From Eledone cirrhosa (taxonomy: Eukaryota): DNA of 64,000 nt. The translations under genes and the position numbers were made by a program. Location of the stretch: assembly GCA_964016885.1 (NCBI GenBank), contig OZ024752.1:1178001-1242000 (forward strand). Direction: 5' to 3'. Under the pieces are notes generated by a model that was not told the origin of the DNA, did no database searches, and worked only from the letters and a program-made list of their open reading frames with translations. Below are positions 1 to 15,108 of this stretch, piece after piece; the stretch's first letter is position 1, and each line of letters begins with the position of its first letter.

Positions 1-1359
1 ACTGTTTTTAGGAATGTAGGGTTTGATGGAAACATTGCAATATCTGAAGTACAGATAGCAGAAATAAAAACGCTAACAATATAGCAATGACTAAAATATT
101 ACAAACTCTAATACTTCTCAAAATTATGTTCTCTGATAATATCATGCCAAAATTCATATATTCACTATGCAATTCACGTATGTCCAAACGAAGATTTATC
201 GCTTATAGTAGGATTGAAAGATAATGCAGTGAGACGGTATATCGATATGGAACGGACTCAACTATTGAAATTACCAGAATTTAGGAGATGAAGGGGGGAT
301 TTTAAAAGCTGATAAATGATTGTAATCATCAGACAATTCCTAAGTCCATGAAAACGACAAGGAAATATAAATGCAGTAAATACGTGTATGTCTTGCAAAA
401 TTATGAAAACGAAACGGAAGCAATTATTCCAATATTAAATTCTTCTAGATTGAATTAAGTATATTCTCTGATGTAGGTCGGGAAATTAAAATGAACGTTT
501 ATAAAAATTACAAACATAAAACCTATAAATATGGAAATTAGACCAGGTAGAATAGACTGATGGCATATTGAAGGAAATTAACTTAAGGATATTAGATTCT
601 CGATCTTAGCAACATATGACGTAAACAGTGTATAACACTCACGCCCCCCCCCCACAAACACACATCTCATAATTAGCGATTGTAACATCCAGTTACTGTA
701 GATTCATCAGAGCGAGCACTTGATACGTAGTTTCCACAACAGATATCCGAGGAGCTTTTGATTACAGATTCGGGCCAGATCGAACCTTGAGCTGATCAAT
801 AACGTAACGAAGACATAACAAATCGTCATTTTTATTATATATCTATATATATATATGTGTGTGTTTGTGTGTGCGCGTCTGTGTGTGTGTGTGTAGCATG
901 TATATATGTATATATTTACATATACACACACACGCATACATAGATACGTAGATATATGTATTTATGTATGTGTATGTATGTATGTATGTATGTATGTATG
1001 TATGTATGTATGTATGTATGTATTAAATGTGTGCATATATCTATATATACATTCATAGCATGTTATTGAATTAATTGCTCACTTACCCTAACACTAATCG
1101 ACGGAAGAGAAAATATCAAATAGCGTTGCTGGAATAAGCAGAAATTGCACATGAAGACCTTTGAATCACTGTCTTCTCACGAGTGCAACACATGGCTGAA
1201 ATGAGAGCTGGTGTTTTAGTTGAGTTAGTGGTAATGATATGAAGGTCATTTGATAATTCCAAACACAAACTTCATGTACAATATATCGGAATTACAAAAG
1301 AACAATAGTTTCTGATTTAAGCACAAAACCAACGGTTTTGAAGGAAGGAACATTTGATT

Positions 1360-1527
1360 ACATCGACCCAGTGGCTTATAGAGCTTTATTTTATCGACCC
1401 CGTAAGGATGAAGGAGATACACCGTAAGGAGATACCCTCCATGGGGTCTGAAATAAGAACGTAAAATCAAGTATCTATATGCGACAAAGCATGTTGTCCG
1501 ACGCTCTACCGATCTGAAAATCCACCA
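1360..1527 (-). mobile_element. Diverged copy of the Meta-domain-like tRNA SINE
   Basis: Contains TTTATTTTATCGACCCCGTAAGGATGAAGG and a degenerate head (GTCCGACGCTCTACCGAT...ATCCACC) matching the family consensus. Confidence 0.65.
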
Positions 1528-1544
1528 TACTTTCAAAATATAAT

Positions 1545-1728
1545 TGTTTCTACTTTAGGCACAAGGCCAGCAATTACCCAGTACATTACTGGTACTTTAT
1601 TTTATCGACCCCGTAAGGATGAAAGGCAAAGTTAACCTCGGTGAGATTTGAACACAGACTGTAAAGGGACGTAACTATGCTAGAAAGCATGGCGTGCAAC
1701 CCTCTACCGATACTGCCAATTCGCCGCC
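1545..1728 (-). mobile_element. Full-length tRNA-derived SINE (Meta-domain-like), 14-bp TSD
   Basis: Reverse complement of the consensus GGCGGTGRATTGGCAGTATCGGTAG...GTTCAAATCC (A/B boxes)...CTTTCATCCTTACGGGGTCGATAAAATAAAGTACCAG...AGTAGAAACA. TSD TTTCAAAATATAAT at 1531-1544 and 1730-1743. Confidence 0.92.
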
Positions 1729-4700
1729 ATTTCAAAATATAATGGTTCCAAAATAATGCAAGATGACTCCATGTTTTCCAACATAGGTGGTTAAGCAAAC
1801 ATTCTCAGTTCCTCGGCTGTTCCTCAAGTATCAAAATATTACAAAGAAATTCCATGGCTTCTTCCTCGTGGGCTATAAAACACCGTTATTATCACGCGTT
1901 TACAAAGTATAATGATTTCATGATAGGGAAAGCAAGTATATATATTACGGAATATATAGTTGGGCGGGGATGCTCAAGGGAATGTAGCAAAATGATGGCC
2001 AACCTAAGCAAAATATAATGTAACATTATCTTTTATTTTGACATGGTTGTGAAGTGACTAGTTGGGAAACTTGAAAGAATGTATTTATAATCCTTCTGAC
2101 GATTAAATGGTATGAGGAGGATTACTAATGAAACAGCTCTATAGATCCCATATTGAAACAGAACAAGCGACGGCAAGGTCATTTGGAAAGGCTTTGAGTT
2201 ATTCGTTGTACCCCAGTCCGTGTGAAAAATTAACAGTTTTGATTTTTTCGAAGGAATTATAAGAGAGGGTTTTTAGTCAATGATCCCTTTCTTTCTGTTT
2301 AAAAGATTATTCGTATCACTTTAACGTGACAACTGTACACCCCTGATGGGAAGTGTGAAATTTAGTTACGATCAACAAGAGTAGATAAACGGTCATATGG
2401 ACAAAGAAAAACATTTTCAGAACAAACATGAATTCATTCAAAAGGTGATTCGAGGAAGACTTAAGATTTTGGCACTGTTTATTCCATAATATTGTTTCTA
2501 ATATGAAAGAAACAAAAACATGCATATTTTCGCATCACATTTTCCTGTTTTTATATCAGCATTTTATGAGTTTGGCTCACAAGGACTTGTAGGAAAAACC
2601 TGTTCATTTATATTCCAAAACGAATAAGATGTGTTCATGTCGAACTATCATTTTACAACTCATTCAATATTCCTCTGTTTAACATCTTTTTTTATCTTTC
2701 ATATATTATATATTCCTGTTTTCTATGTTCCAAGCGTATTATGTAAATATCAGTTTATATAATAATTTGATCAATAATCTGTGTTCTGATGTGAATAATT
2801 CACAAAAATAATATATACACTAGATGCATATATAAGAAATAAAAGACAATATGTAACTGAAGTTTCAATATAGCACATAGAAAACGTCATTTTTACTGTC
2901 GTAACGTAAAGCACTTTTCTACATTTTGTAATGTCGTGTCATACAGAGTTTATCCAAATATTGTCATGCTCATATGTGATTTCTTACATTCAGAGGTCTC
3001 GTATCACTGACAGATCGAACTCTCTCTACAGACAATATCAAAGTTATGTAAACAATCACATGCAAAAGGACAATCACTTGTAGTAATATCAACCTATCAA
3101 TAACATATCTACAATATGCATTATTCACCATACACAGGATTTACAATATACAATATTAGTAGTGTTTCGCACCTTGCCATACATAACATAAGTATCCTCA
3201 CAGTATCAATACTTGGGACAGTAAATATAAATTAAATCTTTTTTAGCCTGGCGGGGAATTATGTCGCTGCCAATTTTCAGCGGCCCAACGCTACTCTGAC
3301 ACATTATAAAATACATGAACAGCACATATAACAGTATTTATGTGCATCTAGATGGCCGAAATCAGCTCATCTATTATGTAATAGCTATAGTTCCAGCATA
3401 CATACACAGATGATTTCCTTTGTCAAGCATGTACTAATACGAAAACCCATTATTTTAGTTGCACACTATTCAAAATCAAGCATATCATTCATAGTTAACC
3501 TATACGAGGCTTCTGTTCTTTCTGTTAGCAAAATAGATTTTCCTTCATATACAAAATACTATTTCCAGTTTTGCATTATCATTTCATGATACAGAAATCA
3601 ATAAAATTGCTCCACCGTATAACATTTTATTCCTTAAATCTAAATGAGATATGTCGAACGAAATATAACCTCTATTTAACCAGTAGAAAACAATTATAAT
3701 TGTCATAATAGTTTTGAAAAAAGCTAGGGTTTATATATCATATATAGATGCGAAATGCATCCAGCATATTTCCACGATTCCGAGTATGAGTCATAATATT
3801 TCCACGTATTTTAATTTTATGCTTATTGAGATATATTTTTAATTTTGATATAATAATCTCAAACTGATTATCACGATATAAACTATGTATGCTACAGGGA
3901 AGGCTTAACTATGTTTTGTTATAATTGAGTTCTGCTAGTCTTTATGGAAATTCTTAAACTAAAAGCTGTTTCTACTTCTCATATTCAATAAAGAATAATG
4001 GAGCAATGTAATTGTTTTATGGAAACTGGAAGTGAACGATTTCATATAAACATGATGTATATAGTTAATTATATAATTTAGAAATACGTCTGCAATACGA
4101 TTCTAATTGTGATATAATAATTTTCCTTTCCCCCAGTTTCTAAATCTATACCATATGTAGTATAGAATTATTATAATTTCCACCTCATGGAAACCCGACT
4201 GAAGATGCACCTGGATATATGCTGTCCAATATATTCTTATCAGCATTTGGGAAGTAAAACATTAACGGTAAAGCGCTGATGGTAAATTATAAGCCACACA
4301 CTTTTATAAATGCAAATCTCTTTTACAAATAAGTATCGCCTAGCAAACAAATCATTTCCACAGAGAATGTAAAAACTGAACAGGTTTGTAAGTAAATTTG
4401 AAGTCTTTAATTTCTTATGTATTCCATCATGCCACGTATAACCCTTCTTCCTATATACCCAGCTAGAATTCTAGAGAATAACCACTAAAATTTAGGAAAG
4501 CCAATAGCTGTCAATTATCTTTGAAAGAGACATATTTTCCAATTTTTACTTAATTCATAATTAAATTTAAGTAAGTTTTATAGTCGTTCAGCTTCAAACC
4601 TAGACAACAGCTTTCAGTTAATATTCTCTTTATACTTAATGCTTCTTATTCAATAGCTACTATTGATAGAAGTTTTCAACATGAGACTTTAATTAATGTT

Positions 4701-4913
4701 CTAGTAGTCAATTGACAGTTGGTCAGATAGTTTTACTGTCGTTGGAGTCCCACAAATGTAATTACTAACTTATGTACTATATTACTAATTGAATGTTATA
4801 TAGCTTCTTCTTATTCTTCTCCTTTTTCTTATATCTCTCTCTCTGTCTCTCTCCCTGCCTCTCTCCATGTCTCTCTCTCTCTGTCTGTCTGTCTCACACA
4901 CACACACACACAC

Positions 4914-4966
<53 letters not shown>

Positions 4967-6105
4967 GTAGTGAGTGAGAGCGACGTTTGAAGAAGCGAAA
5001 AAGGGTAAACATTCCAAATGAAACAAGAGCTTTCCTAATCTACCAAACAAATCTTCTTTTGTGAATACTCCCCAACTATATAATCCAATTTCAAACCCCT
5101 GATATCTCAGCATGATATACGTTGCAATATAATATATTACGCTCATAGTAAATGTACATATGTTTATTGGAGAGTTCCTTCATTTTCTTAATTGTATTTA
5201 GCTTAATTAAATGCACCATTACTGAGAAAGACAAAGAAAAAATAAATTCGCTGCAGATTACTTTACAATAAGACATGTTCTTAGTTTCAAGAATAAATTG
5301 CAACAACGTTTATCTATTCTATAACATAGTTATAAGTTATTGGTTTGTTCTTCATCAAATTATGAATGAGAAAAATTGATGTATTAGCAAAAGCCCAATT
5401 CGATTTGCAAATTTGAAACATTTTCTTGTAGAACATTACAAGTAATAATATAGATAAAAAATAGATGAAAGGGTGTAGATAACATGCCGGAAATCAATTC
5501 ATTATGGTTTTATGATTTAATTGACTGTCTACATTCGAATTATTGAATAAGCAATAGGTTCTCTTATTGTTTACAAACATCGTTTTAAGCTTCAGGGATA
5601 AATGCATTATAAAAACACATTCTTATATATTTACGCTTACACATAGGTGAACAGAGACACATGGGCATAATCGTATATAATCTGTACAGAGAGAACGGAA
5701 GGAGACAGAAACCATGAATGCGATATAGATACATAGATATACTCACAAACACACATACACACATACATACACACATACATATTTGTATTATAACAATAGG
5801 TATTCTATTCTAAAACACTGATACGGATCCATAGAATAGAACCCACAAAAAGGAAGAGTAATATGCATGTAAATATTAGTTACTGATAAAGAAATCTATA
5901 ATTGAAAATTCCTCGATTATTCAGGTATATTAGTAGAAGATTAGTAAAAGATGTTGAGGCTTGTAAGCCATAAACTATACTAGTATATACTTGATAGAAA
6001 TATTTGTCGGATGAATGTTTAGCTACAATAAACCCACATTTATGTTAGACAGAAACGACTGCGCCGATACTGAAATGTTATGGACTCAGGAAATACGATT
6101 GGCTT

Positions 6106-6196
6106 TCCTTCTTCTTCTTCTTCTTCTTCTTCTTCTTCTTCTTCTTCTTCTTCTTCTTCTTCTTCTTCTTCTTCTTCTTCTTCTTCTTCTTCTTCC
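6106..6196. repeat. (CTT)n trinucleotide microsatellite, about 30 units
   Basis: Pure CTT run seen directly. Confidence 0.97.
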
Positions 6197-6317
6197 ACCT
6201 AGATAGGGTGTATTTAAAACAGCCACCGGTAGCCATTAGAATGCATTTTATTGACCAACTTATTAATGAGTATTTGTACTAATATTGATTACATATGTAG
6301 GTACTGGTGTATCAAAA

Positions 6318-6503
6318 GGCGGTGGATTGGCAGTAGCGTTAGCGGGTCGGACGCCATGCTTTGCAGCAAATAGTTACGGCCCTTTATGGTCTGAGTTCAA
6401 ATCCCGCCGAGGTTAACTTTGTCTTTCATCCTTACGGGGTCGATAAAATAAAGTTCCAGTAATACACTGGGTAATTGCTGGCCTTGTGCCAAAAGTAGAA
6501 ACA
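6318..6503 (+). mobile_element. Full-length SINE copy carrying a captured 60-bp 5' segment
   Basis: Matches the family consensus. Degenerate TSD at 6245-6259 and 6504-6518 (13/15). Confidence 0.9.
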
Positions 6504-6999
6504 ATTATATTGATCAACATTCATCACATCCACACCAAGGCCTAAATTATAACCAACATTACTTACAAGGATCAGAGGCACGTCTTCTGAATCTGTATAT
6601 GTCTACTGTTTGATATGTTGCTGATGCTGTGGATAATGTCGGTTTAGAGGTATTAGAAAGATTATTTAGTCATTGGATCGATAATTATACGAGGTCTTTT
6701 CTGCTGCTATTACTGAAACTTACTTAGTTTCGGCCAGCGCTGCATTCATTCCGTTTCGTACAACTCATGATATGTTTATTACTTATGTTTGATGAACGTG
6801 ATAGTTATGGCAGCTTGTTAAATTTCGGATTATGTCTTGCTTATTACTTGTAAACCGAGCTGCAAATTTATATAACTTTAAATAACATTATGCTAATATA
6901 AATCTGTATTCTGGCTCATATACACATTTCGCAATGTCTATTGTTAAAATATATATTATTATTTATGGTGTTTGCTGGTCTTAAAATCATGCATTGATT

Positions 7000-7186
7000 G
7001 TGGATTGGCAGTATCGCTAGAGGGTCGGACGCCATGCTTTGAGGCATAGAGTTATGGCCCTTGCTATTCTGATTTTAAATCCCGCCGAGGTTAACTTTGC
7101 CTTTCATCCTTACTGGGTCGATAAAATAAAGTACCAGTAATGCACTGGGTAATTTCTAGCCTTGTGCCAAAAGTAGAAACAATTAT
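7000..7186 (+). mobile_element. SINE copy
   Basis: GTGGATTGGCAGTATCG...GTCGATAAAATAAAGTACCAG...AGTAGAAACAATTAT. Confidence 0.9.
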
Positions 7187-8310
7187 ATAATTAATCTCTC
7201 TCTCTCTCTCAACCATTTCCTGCACAGGTATTTCTGTCAAACATCAAACTGCTGTAGGATAGAATAAAGTGAAACTCAGCGATTTCATCAGTCCTTCTGT
7301 GTTATTCATAATGTCTTTTCATACAAATTATCTTGAGAAGTATTAATGTGCAAAGATTAACATGTTTCAAAGTAGTTAACAGTAATTGTTTTTGAAATAT
7401 TCTCTCAGGTACATTACAAAAAGTCGAAGAAATAGTACTTTACTTATCTTTACCTATTTCGACAGTTGTCTAAATAACATACTGCAAAGCAAGCCACTAT
7501 CGAACATTTAATAATAGTACAGCTTTAATGACTTCAGTATTCATATAACATTTTAATGCAATGAAATACTCGAATTATTGTTATCAAAAAGTATATCACT
7601 TGCATAGAATTCTACTGGGAACAGATGTAATTAACTGGGCCCAGAATATATTGGTGACAATTGATTTATTGTGCACGATGCTAAACTCTAGCTCCTCTAA
7701 GTTAGTTTATTGATAAAGTACTTTCTGTAAATTATATCTTTCTTCTAAACAACATTAAATCATTGAGCAATCATAATAGTGACAACAAGTTTAACAATCG
7801 ATTTAAACACAAACAACTACGAAAGAAGACACGAAAATCATGAATTATTCTTTGCTGTAAATTATTTATTTGCATTAAAGTGCTGAATAAACATTTCTCT
7901 TGGAAGCAATTTATTTGCTCCGTTTCATTTAGTATTTCTTTCTTTATTATTGCTTTAATTATTTAAATCGGCGAATTTATTTCGCCAGATATGATAATTT
8001 CTATGCAATAATTCGCTTCACTATTCTCTTGGATTGTCCATTAATTCTGTGTATTTATTCTTTCAAATTTTTGCTAAAAATTTATTCACAGTCGAACAGA
8101 TTCAATCAAGATATGTTTTGCAAAGATAAGCAAAATACTTTAAAGAAATTATATCTGAAACAAAAGTGAATAAAATATTTAAATTCAATAGTTTTAGATA
8201 CATTTGAATTAATTCATTTCTAAATTAGATAGTTATATTATGGAGAAAGAGAAAAAATACGAAATAAATATAGAGAGCATATATTTCATTACATATAGAA
8301 ACAAATGCAT

Positions 8311-9213
<903 letters not shown>

Positions 9214-9468
9214 GCAAGCATATGTATGTAAATGTATGCATATACACAGATAAATACAACAAACCGCACACAAATGGCCACTCACAAATATGCACATACA
9301 TACATAGTAGTAATGATAAATTGAAGGACCACACACACACATACACACACACACATATATATATATATATACTAAATATGCATGTTCAACTATTGAGAAA
9401 TTTTATATCAGACATCAACAATTTCCTAACATCCTCATAATACTTTAAACACGTCATTATTATCATAA

Positions 9469-9572
9469 AATCCCGCCGAGGTTGACTTTGCCTTTCATCC
9501 TTACGGGGTCGATAAAATAAAGTACCAGTAATGCACTTGCTAATTGCTGGCCTTGTGCCTAAAGTAGAAACA
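9469..9572 (+). mobile_element. 5'-truncated SINE copy, 13-bp TSD
   Basis: Starts at the B-box remnant AATCCCGCCGAGG. TSD ATTATTATCATAA at 9456-9468 and 9573-9585. Confidence 0.9.
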
Positions 9573-9811
9573 ATTATTATCATAATTCGGAATGCGAAGA
9601 CGGGTCCAGGAAGGTTTCGAAAGCTTAAAACATACATGGGTTTAGTAAGGGTTCAAAACTAACCGTAAAATATTAATGGGGAAATAGTGAAAATATAAAT
9701 AATCAAATTATCACACAGTTTTATTTTCAATATAACATGTTTGAAAGAAAAGGTCTCCCTTACCTAATTAATACATATACATATATATACATACATATAT
9801 GCATACATACA

Positions 9812-9956
9812 TACAATAACATTCATATCTACATATGCATACATACATATCTACCTAGTTGATGTTGTGTAAATTCCAATGAGAGAGTCTTGTGTCTATG
9901 TTAGAAACCGACTCTCTCTCTATAGGTAAAACTGTGAAATTATAAAACCAGAAGAA
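9812..9956 (+). mobile_element. Solo 3' UTR of the R4/Dong-like LINE, in a (CATA)n tract
   Basis: Near-identical to about 13267-13415 (GTTGATGTTGTGTAAATTCCAATGAGAGAGTCTTG...ACCAGAAGAA), followed by CATA repeats. Confidence 0.88.
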
Positions 9957-10040
9957 CATACATATATACATACATAAATACATTCATACGTACATTCATA
10001 TATATATATATATACAAACATTCATACATACATACATATA

Positions 10041-13000
10041 AAAAACCAAATAATGAAATACTATGTGTTATTGACGAAATAGGGGATGAATATTTACGAC
10101 GGATAAAAACCCCAACATTTTGGCAAATGAACGGCTGTCTATATGCCTTAGCAACGACAGTGAAGCATTATCTTGGCGATAGCAGAGATATTAACAAGAA
10201 CAGAACACCACCAAAAATACCATCATATATAACTAAAATAGAAAAAAAGAGTGCTGACCTACGAAAAAACATAGGACATGTAACAATGCTCCTTACATGC
10301 AAACAAACACAAAAAACTTCACTCCTCACCAACAAAGAGTGAAAAATAAAATAGAGACGATGTTTGGTAACAGTAGAACCCTCAAACAAGAATTGAGAGC
10401 TGTTAGCGAAAAACGCCGATACCTGAAGAAGGTTGATGAGAGAAAAATGCTTAATAAAAGATTCAGACGAAACCAAACATCAGTCTAAAGAGGTATGAAG
10501 GGCAAAATAATAAGTGTCACTGAGGCCCCATCCCAGAAAGACATAGATTCCTTTTGGAGAAAAATATGGGGTGAAAAGAAAAATTTCAACCAAGATGCAG
10601 TGTGGCTAAGAGAAATCCGAAAGAATTATTGCTCCTACACTACAACAAAAACATACGAAATAAGTGAGGGTACCCTTGAGACTGTGATAGGAAAACTCCA
10701 AGTTAAGAAAACACCAGGAAGAGACATGATTGTCGGCTACTGGTACAAAAACTAATATTCTATCAGAGGTATCTTACTGACCTCTACCAACAACTTCTTA
10801 AGGGAGATACACTTATACCAGAATGGTTGACATTAGCACAAACGTTACTGGTCCCCAAGAACAAAGACACCCACTTGGCAAAAAACTACCGACCCATTGC
10901 ATGCCAGAACCGGATGTATAAGATGTATACAGCCTGCCTGAACCTATTCCTCCAAGATCACTGTGAAAATAATTGTTTCTACTTTAGACACAAGGCCAGC
11001 AATTACCCAGTGCATTACTGGTACTTTATTTTATCAACCCCGTAAGGATGAAAGGCAAAGTCAACCTCGGCGGGATTTGAATTCAGATCGTAAAGGGACG
11101 TAACTATGCTGGAAAGCATGGCGTCCGGCCCTCTACCGATACTGCCAATCCCCCGTGAAAATCACTGTGAAAATAATAACATCATCACAGATGAACAAGC
11201 AGCTGGAAAGAAAAGGGTTTGGGGATGTGCTGAACAACTCCTAATCAACAAAACTGCGATGTCGGAGGTGAGACAACTTAGGAGGAATATGACTACAGTC
11301 TGGCTGGACTACAAGAAAGCTTTCGATTCTGTTCCCCACTATTGGATGATAGAGGCCCTCCAACTTGCTAAAGTCCCAGACATTATTGTCAGAGCTACAG
11401 AGAAGCTGTCTTCTTCTTGGGCTACTATCCTAAGGATAAAGGCAGAGAGGGAGGACTCTATTTTCACTGATAAAATAAAATATTGCAGGGGTATATTTCA
11501 GGGGAACAGTCTCTCTGTGATATTGTTCATCTTGTCATTAAACCCCTTGTCCTTTCTGCTCAAGAAATGTGAGGGATACATCATTGGCTCACAGGAGGAC
11601 AGAAATACGAACCTAACCCATAACTTCTTTGTGGACGATCTGAAACTCTATGCCAAGAACATGGATGGGATGAAGAAAAATCTTGACCTGGTTACAACGT
11701 TCTCAAGGGATATAGGAATGGAATTTGGCCAAGATAAATGCTCATATATGACTGTAAAGCGAGGAGAAACAACAACCCAATCTAGCAACATTGTCATCAA
11801 TGGTCTAACTGTTTCACCGATATCTGATGAGGACTGCTACGGATACCTGGGGATAGATGAGAACATATCCTATAATGGTATCTGTAACGCGTAACCAGGG
11901 AATACTACACCCGATTAAGAAAGATCTGGTCATCGGAACACTCTGCGCAAAACGAAACAGTGGCTCACAATGTGTTTGCTGTGCCTGTCCTAAAACCACG
12001 TTTGGAATACTCAATTGGATGATAGACGAAATCCGAGCAGTTGATGTTGGAACTCGAAAAATACTGAACAACACCGGAAACTTCCACATCAACAGTGACA
12101 TAGACCGCCTTTACTTGAAACGTAAGCAGGGAGGCAGAGGCCTAACATGAGCCCAGACAACATTTGAATGTCGCATCATATCTCTCCGACAACATCTACG
12201 AACCTCGAAGCGTAGGAGCCCGCTTCTCGAGCAACTCTATCTGCATGACACAGATAAGATCATGAGAGTTGGGAAGGAACTCCTCGAGAGATATTCGCTG
12301 TGTGATAATCAAAAACTCACATCCAGGGATGTCGCTTAGCAGTATCGCAGTGAATCCATGGATGAAAAACTGCATGCCTATCAGCAACAAATCATGCATG
12401 GATATGTTGCCAGGAAACTCCAGAGTGAGAGTAATATAGATAAGGAAAGTAGCCTATCTTGGACCAACAACCGCTATATTGGCTCCCACTTTGAAGGATA
12501 CGCTTTTGCAATCCAGGAACAGGAGATTAGTACGAAATACCTGATTCACAAAAGAGATAGGGATGTAGGCAAAACACCTAGATGTAATAACAAGTGCAGA
12601 CTCTGCAGAACTAACATCGAGGATATCACCCATGTCATCAGCAGCTGTCCAAAGATGTCATCGCGGTACTATCTACCTATGAGGCATGATGTAGTGGCCA
12701 AAACACTGTACAATGCAGTTCGTAAAAAAGATAGCCCCTATAATAAACACATTGAAAGCTACAACAATGTGGAAGACATCCATGTAAATAATATGAAAGA
12801 GTACTGGTGGAATGTTCCGGTAAAAACCCCAATAAAATGCAGACATAACAGACCAGATATTATGATATGGGACAGGGAGAAGAAAGCATGCACAGCAGTG
12901 GAAATTAGCTGCCCAGCAGATGCCAATATAATATCAAAGATTAGTGAAAAGGAGAATATTTATGCAGAACTGATGAGAAATCTGCAGATACTCCACCCTG

Positions 13001-13415
13001 ATTACACCTTCAGATTATGTCTGTGATTATTGGGGAACTGTGGTATGTTAGTAACTGCCTCAATACAAATATTGAGATGCTAGTCTTCACAGGAACAGAA
13101 AGAACACAACTAGTTAGGAAATTACAAGTACAATCCATTAATGGAACAGTAAAAATATGTAAAACATTCCAAATATTTTGCATCTAATAACTGCATATAC
13201 ACATGTACAGATACAAAGCATATACACATGCACACATACAACTCAAAATATCCACATCCACACAAACAATAACATCCATATCTAAACATGCATGCATACA
13301 TACATATCTACCTGGTTGATGTTGTGTAAATTCCAATGAGAGAGTCTTGTGTCTATGTTAGAAACAGACTCTCTCTCTATTGGTAAAACTTTGTGAAATT
13401 ATAAAACCAGAAGAA
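10041..13415 (+). mobile_element. Decayed, 5'-truncated RLE-type non-LTR retrotransposon (R4/Dong-like)
   Basis: RT motifs NYRPIAC, WLDYKKAFDSVPH, RGIFQGNSLS, FFVDDLKLY and YLG. C-terminal CCHC knuckle CRLC..EDITHVISSC, RHD motif and restriction-like endonuclease RPDI...VEISCP. Several stops and frameshifts. Flanked by (CATA)n. Confidence 0.92.
10974..11155 (-). mobile_element. SINE inserted into the LINE RT coding region, 17-bp TSD
   Basis: TSD ATCACTGTGAAAATAAT at 10957-10973 and 11161-11177. The peptide HCENN appears on both sides. Confidence 0.95.
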
Positions 13416-14970
13416 CATACATACATACACACATACACACATACACACATACATTCATATCTATCTCACTTAGACAGTTGAGATTGATAGGAATACATTC
13501 ATCTTGGAGAGTTGAAACTGCTGACAACAAGGAAATCATATTTAAAGGGTTTTTAAAACGTCATCACTCTCTTGTCGCAATATGTTGGTAAACGACTCCA
13601 TGAAGATCAATAGATTCGCCTGTTTGGTATTCAATAAAAATATTTGATAATGAATAAGGGTTGGAGTAACCTATTGAATAGGTACAAGCCAAATCCACGT
13701 TAACAAACGGATTCTTTAGATTAAAAAAAAATAACAATTTTAAAATCTACTTTCAAAGTTGGTTCATAATCTCTCCACCGTTAGTTAAGTCTTTCATTTT
13801 AGACATTCGATGTGCATTGTAAAATCAGACTGGATTCGTTTGATTGCTTCCGCAACATGACTACAGATAGTTTTTATATATGTCTAACCGCGGTAAATTA
13901 GAGATTGTTGCATGTTTCTGGTTGTAATATCGGAGCCTCATAAGGTTTATTCTCACTAGTTGTATTCGGTACATTTGGAAGTCGATTTAACGGGATTCGT
14001 AATTAAAACTATGCAGAATTTTATACACAATCAAACAAAAACAAATAATGCACACATGCCCGTAGCTTTTTGTCACCTAATTGTAATGGCTATTGTATAG
14101 TCCTCGTAAGACTTGTTACAGAAATTCAACTTGTAGAATATACAAAGAATTTACGATAACTCTCAGGTACAACGTAAGCTCCGTTAAATCTTTTAAATAT
14201 GGGGGAGGGGTTTATAAAATCTCTGTACTTTTTGTTTACATTAGCATTAAAAGGGAAGAGGCCCATGTAATTTGATTAGGTGCGGAACATGAGCCTAAGT
14301 ATACCGAATCACGTAAATTGTTAATAGGATCGAGTCAGACATGATAGAACTCGATAAATTCAATTATAAGTTCTCTTCTTTCGTCTAACCAGGGGGTATC
14401 TTTATATCGTTTCACTTTCTCCCCACACGTTGTGAATCTTATTAAATTGTCGAATATCCGAAACACAAAATCAAATATATAATTATAAGTTTAATTTGTA
14501 CAGCAAAATATTTCTCGTTTTTCCTCATATTCTACGTGGAAGAGAAATTGGTATTCTATTACTGTTCGTAATGAAACATTCAACAATAGAAGCTCCATTT
14601 CGTTACATCAATGTTATTTCGAAGCCTCCCTATAGTTCTTTTGTTAATGCTGAACAAATATTTCCATCTGTAAGTTTCTATTTACTATCAACAACACGAA
14701 GGATGTCATATCAATTTTACATCTTGAAATTAATTATCTCTCAAAGCATTCAGAAAATCTGTAAACAAAATTAAGCTCTAAGATATAAAATTAAATCAAA
14801 AAACTTATTAATGAGTATTTGTACAAATATTGATTACATATGTAGGTACTGGTGTATCAAAGAGACGAAATTATATGAAATATAATGCACCCATACTCGT
14901 TGATTGAATTACTTTCTAAACCGTATTTATCTAATGAGAAATTGATGGAATTACTATAACAATGATTGAG

Positions 14971-15108
14971 GGCTGTGGATTTGTAAAACCGTTGTTAGTT
15001 CATTGATAGAAATGCATTGCAGTATATCGTGACGGCTCTCTGTATTCTGGTTTCAAATCCAGCCTAGGTTAAATTTGTCTTCAATTCTTCGGGGGACAAT
15101 AAGATAAT
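14971..15108 (+). mobile_element. Highly diverged SINE relic
   Basis: TTTCAAATCC..AGGTTAAATTTGTCTTCAATTCTTCGGGGGACAATAAGATAA resembles the consensus core. Confidence 0.5.

Noticed and set aside
2090-2150. CTGACGA...GAAACAG hammerhead-like core (weaker ones near 705 and 31355)
   Set aside because: Helices I and III do not pair convincingly or GAAA is missing. At most these are decayed relics
9812-13415. LTR retrotransposon suggested by direct repeats flanking an RT
   Set aside because: No TG..CA ends, PBS, integrase or gag. The protein is a non-LTR RT with RLE, and the repeat is its 3' UTR
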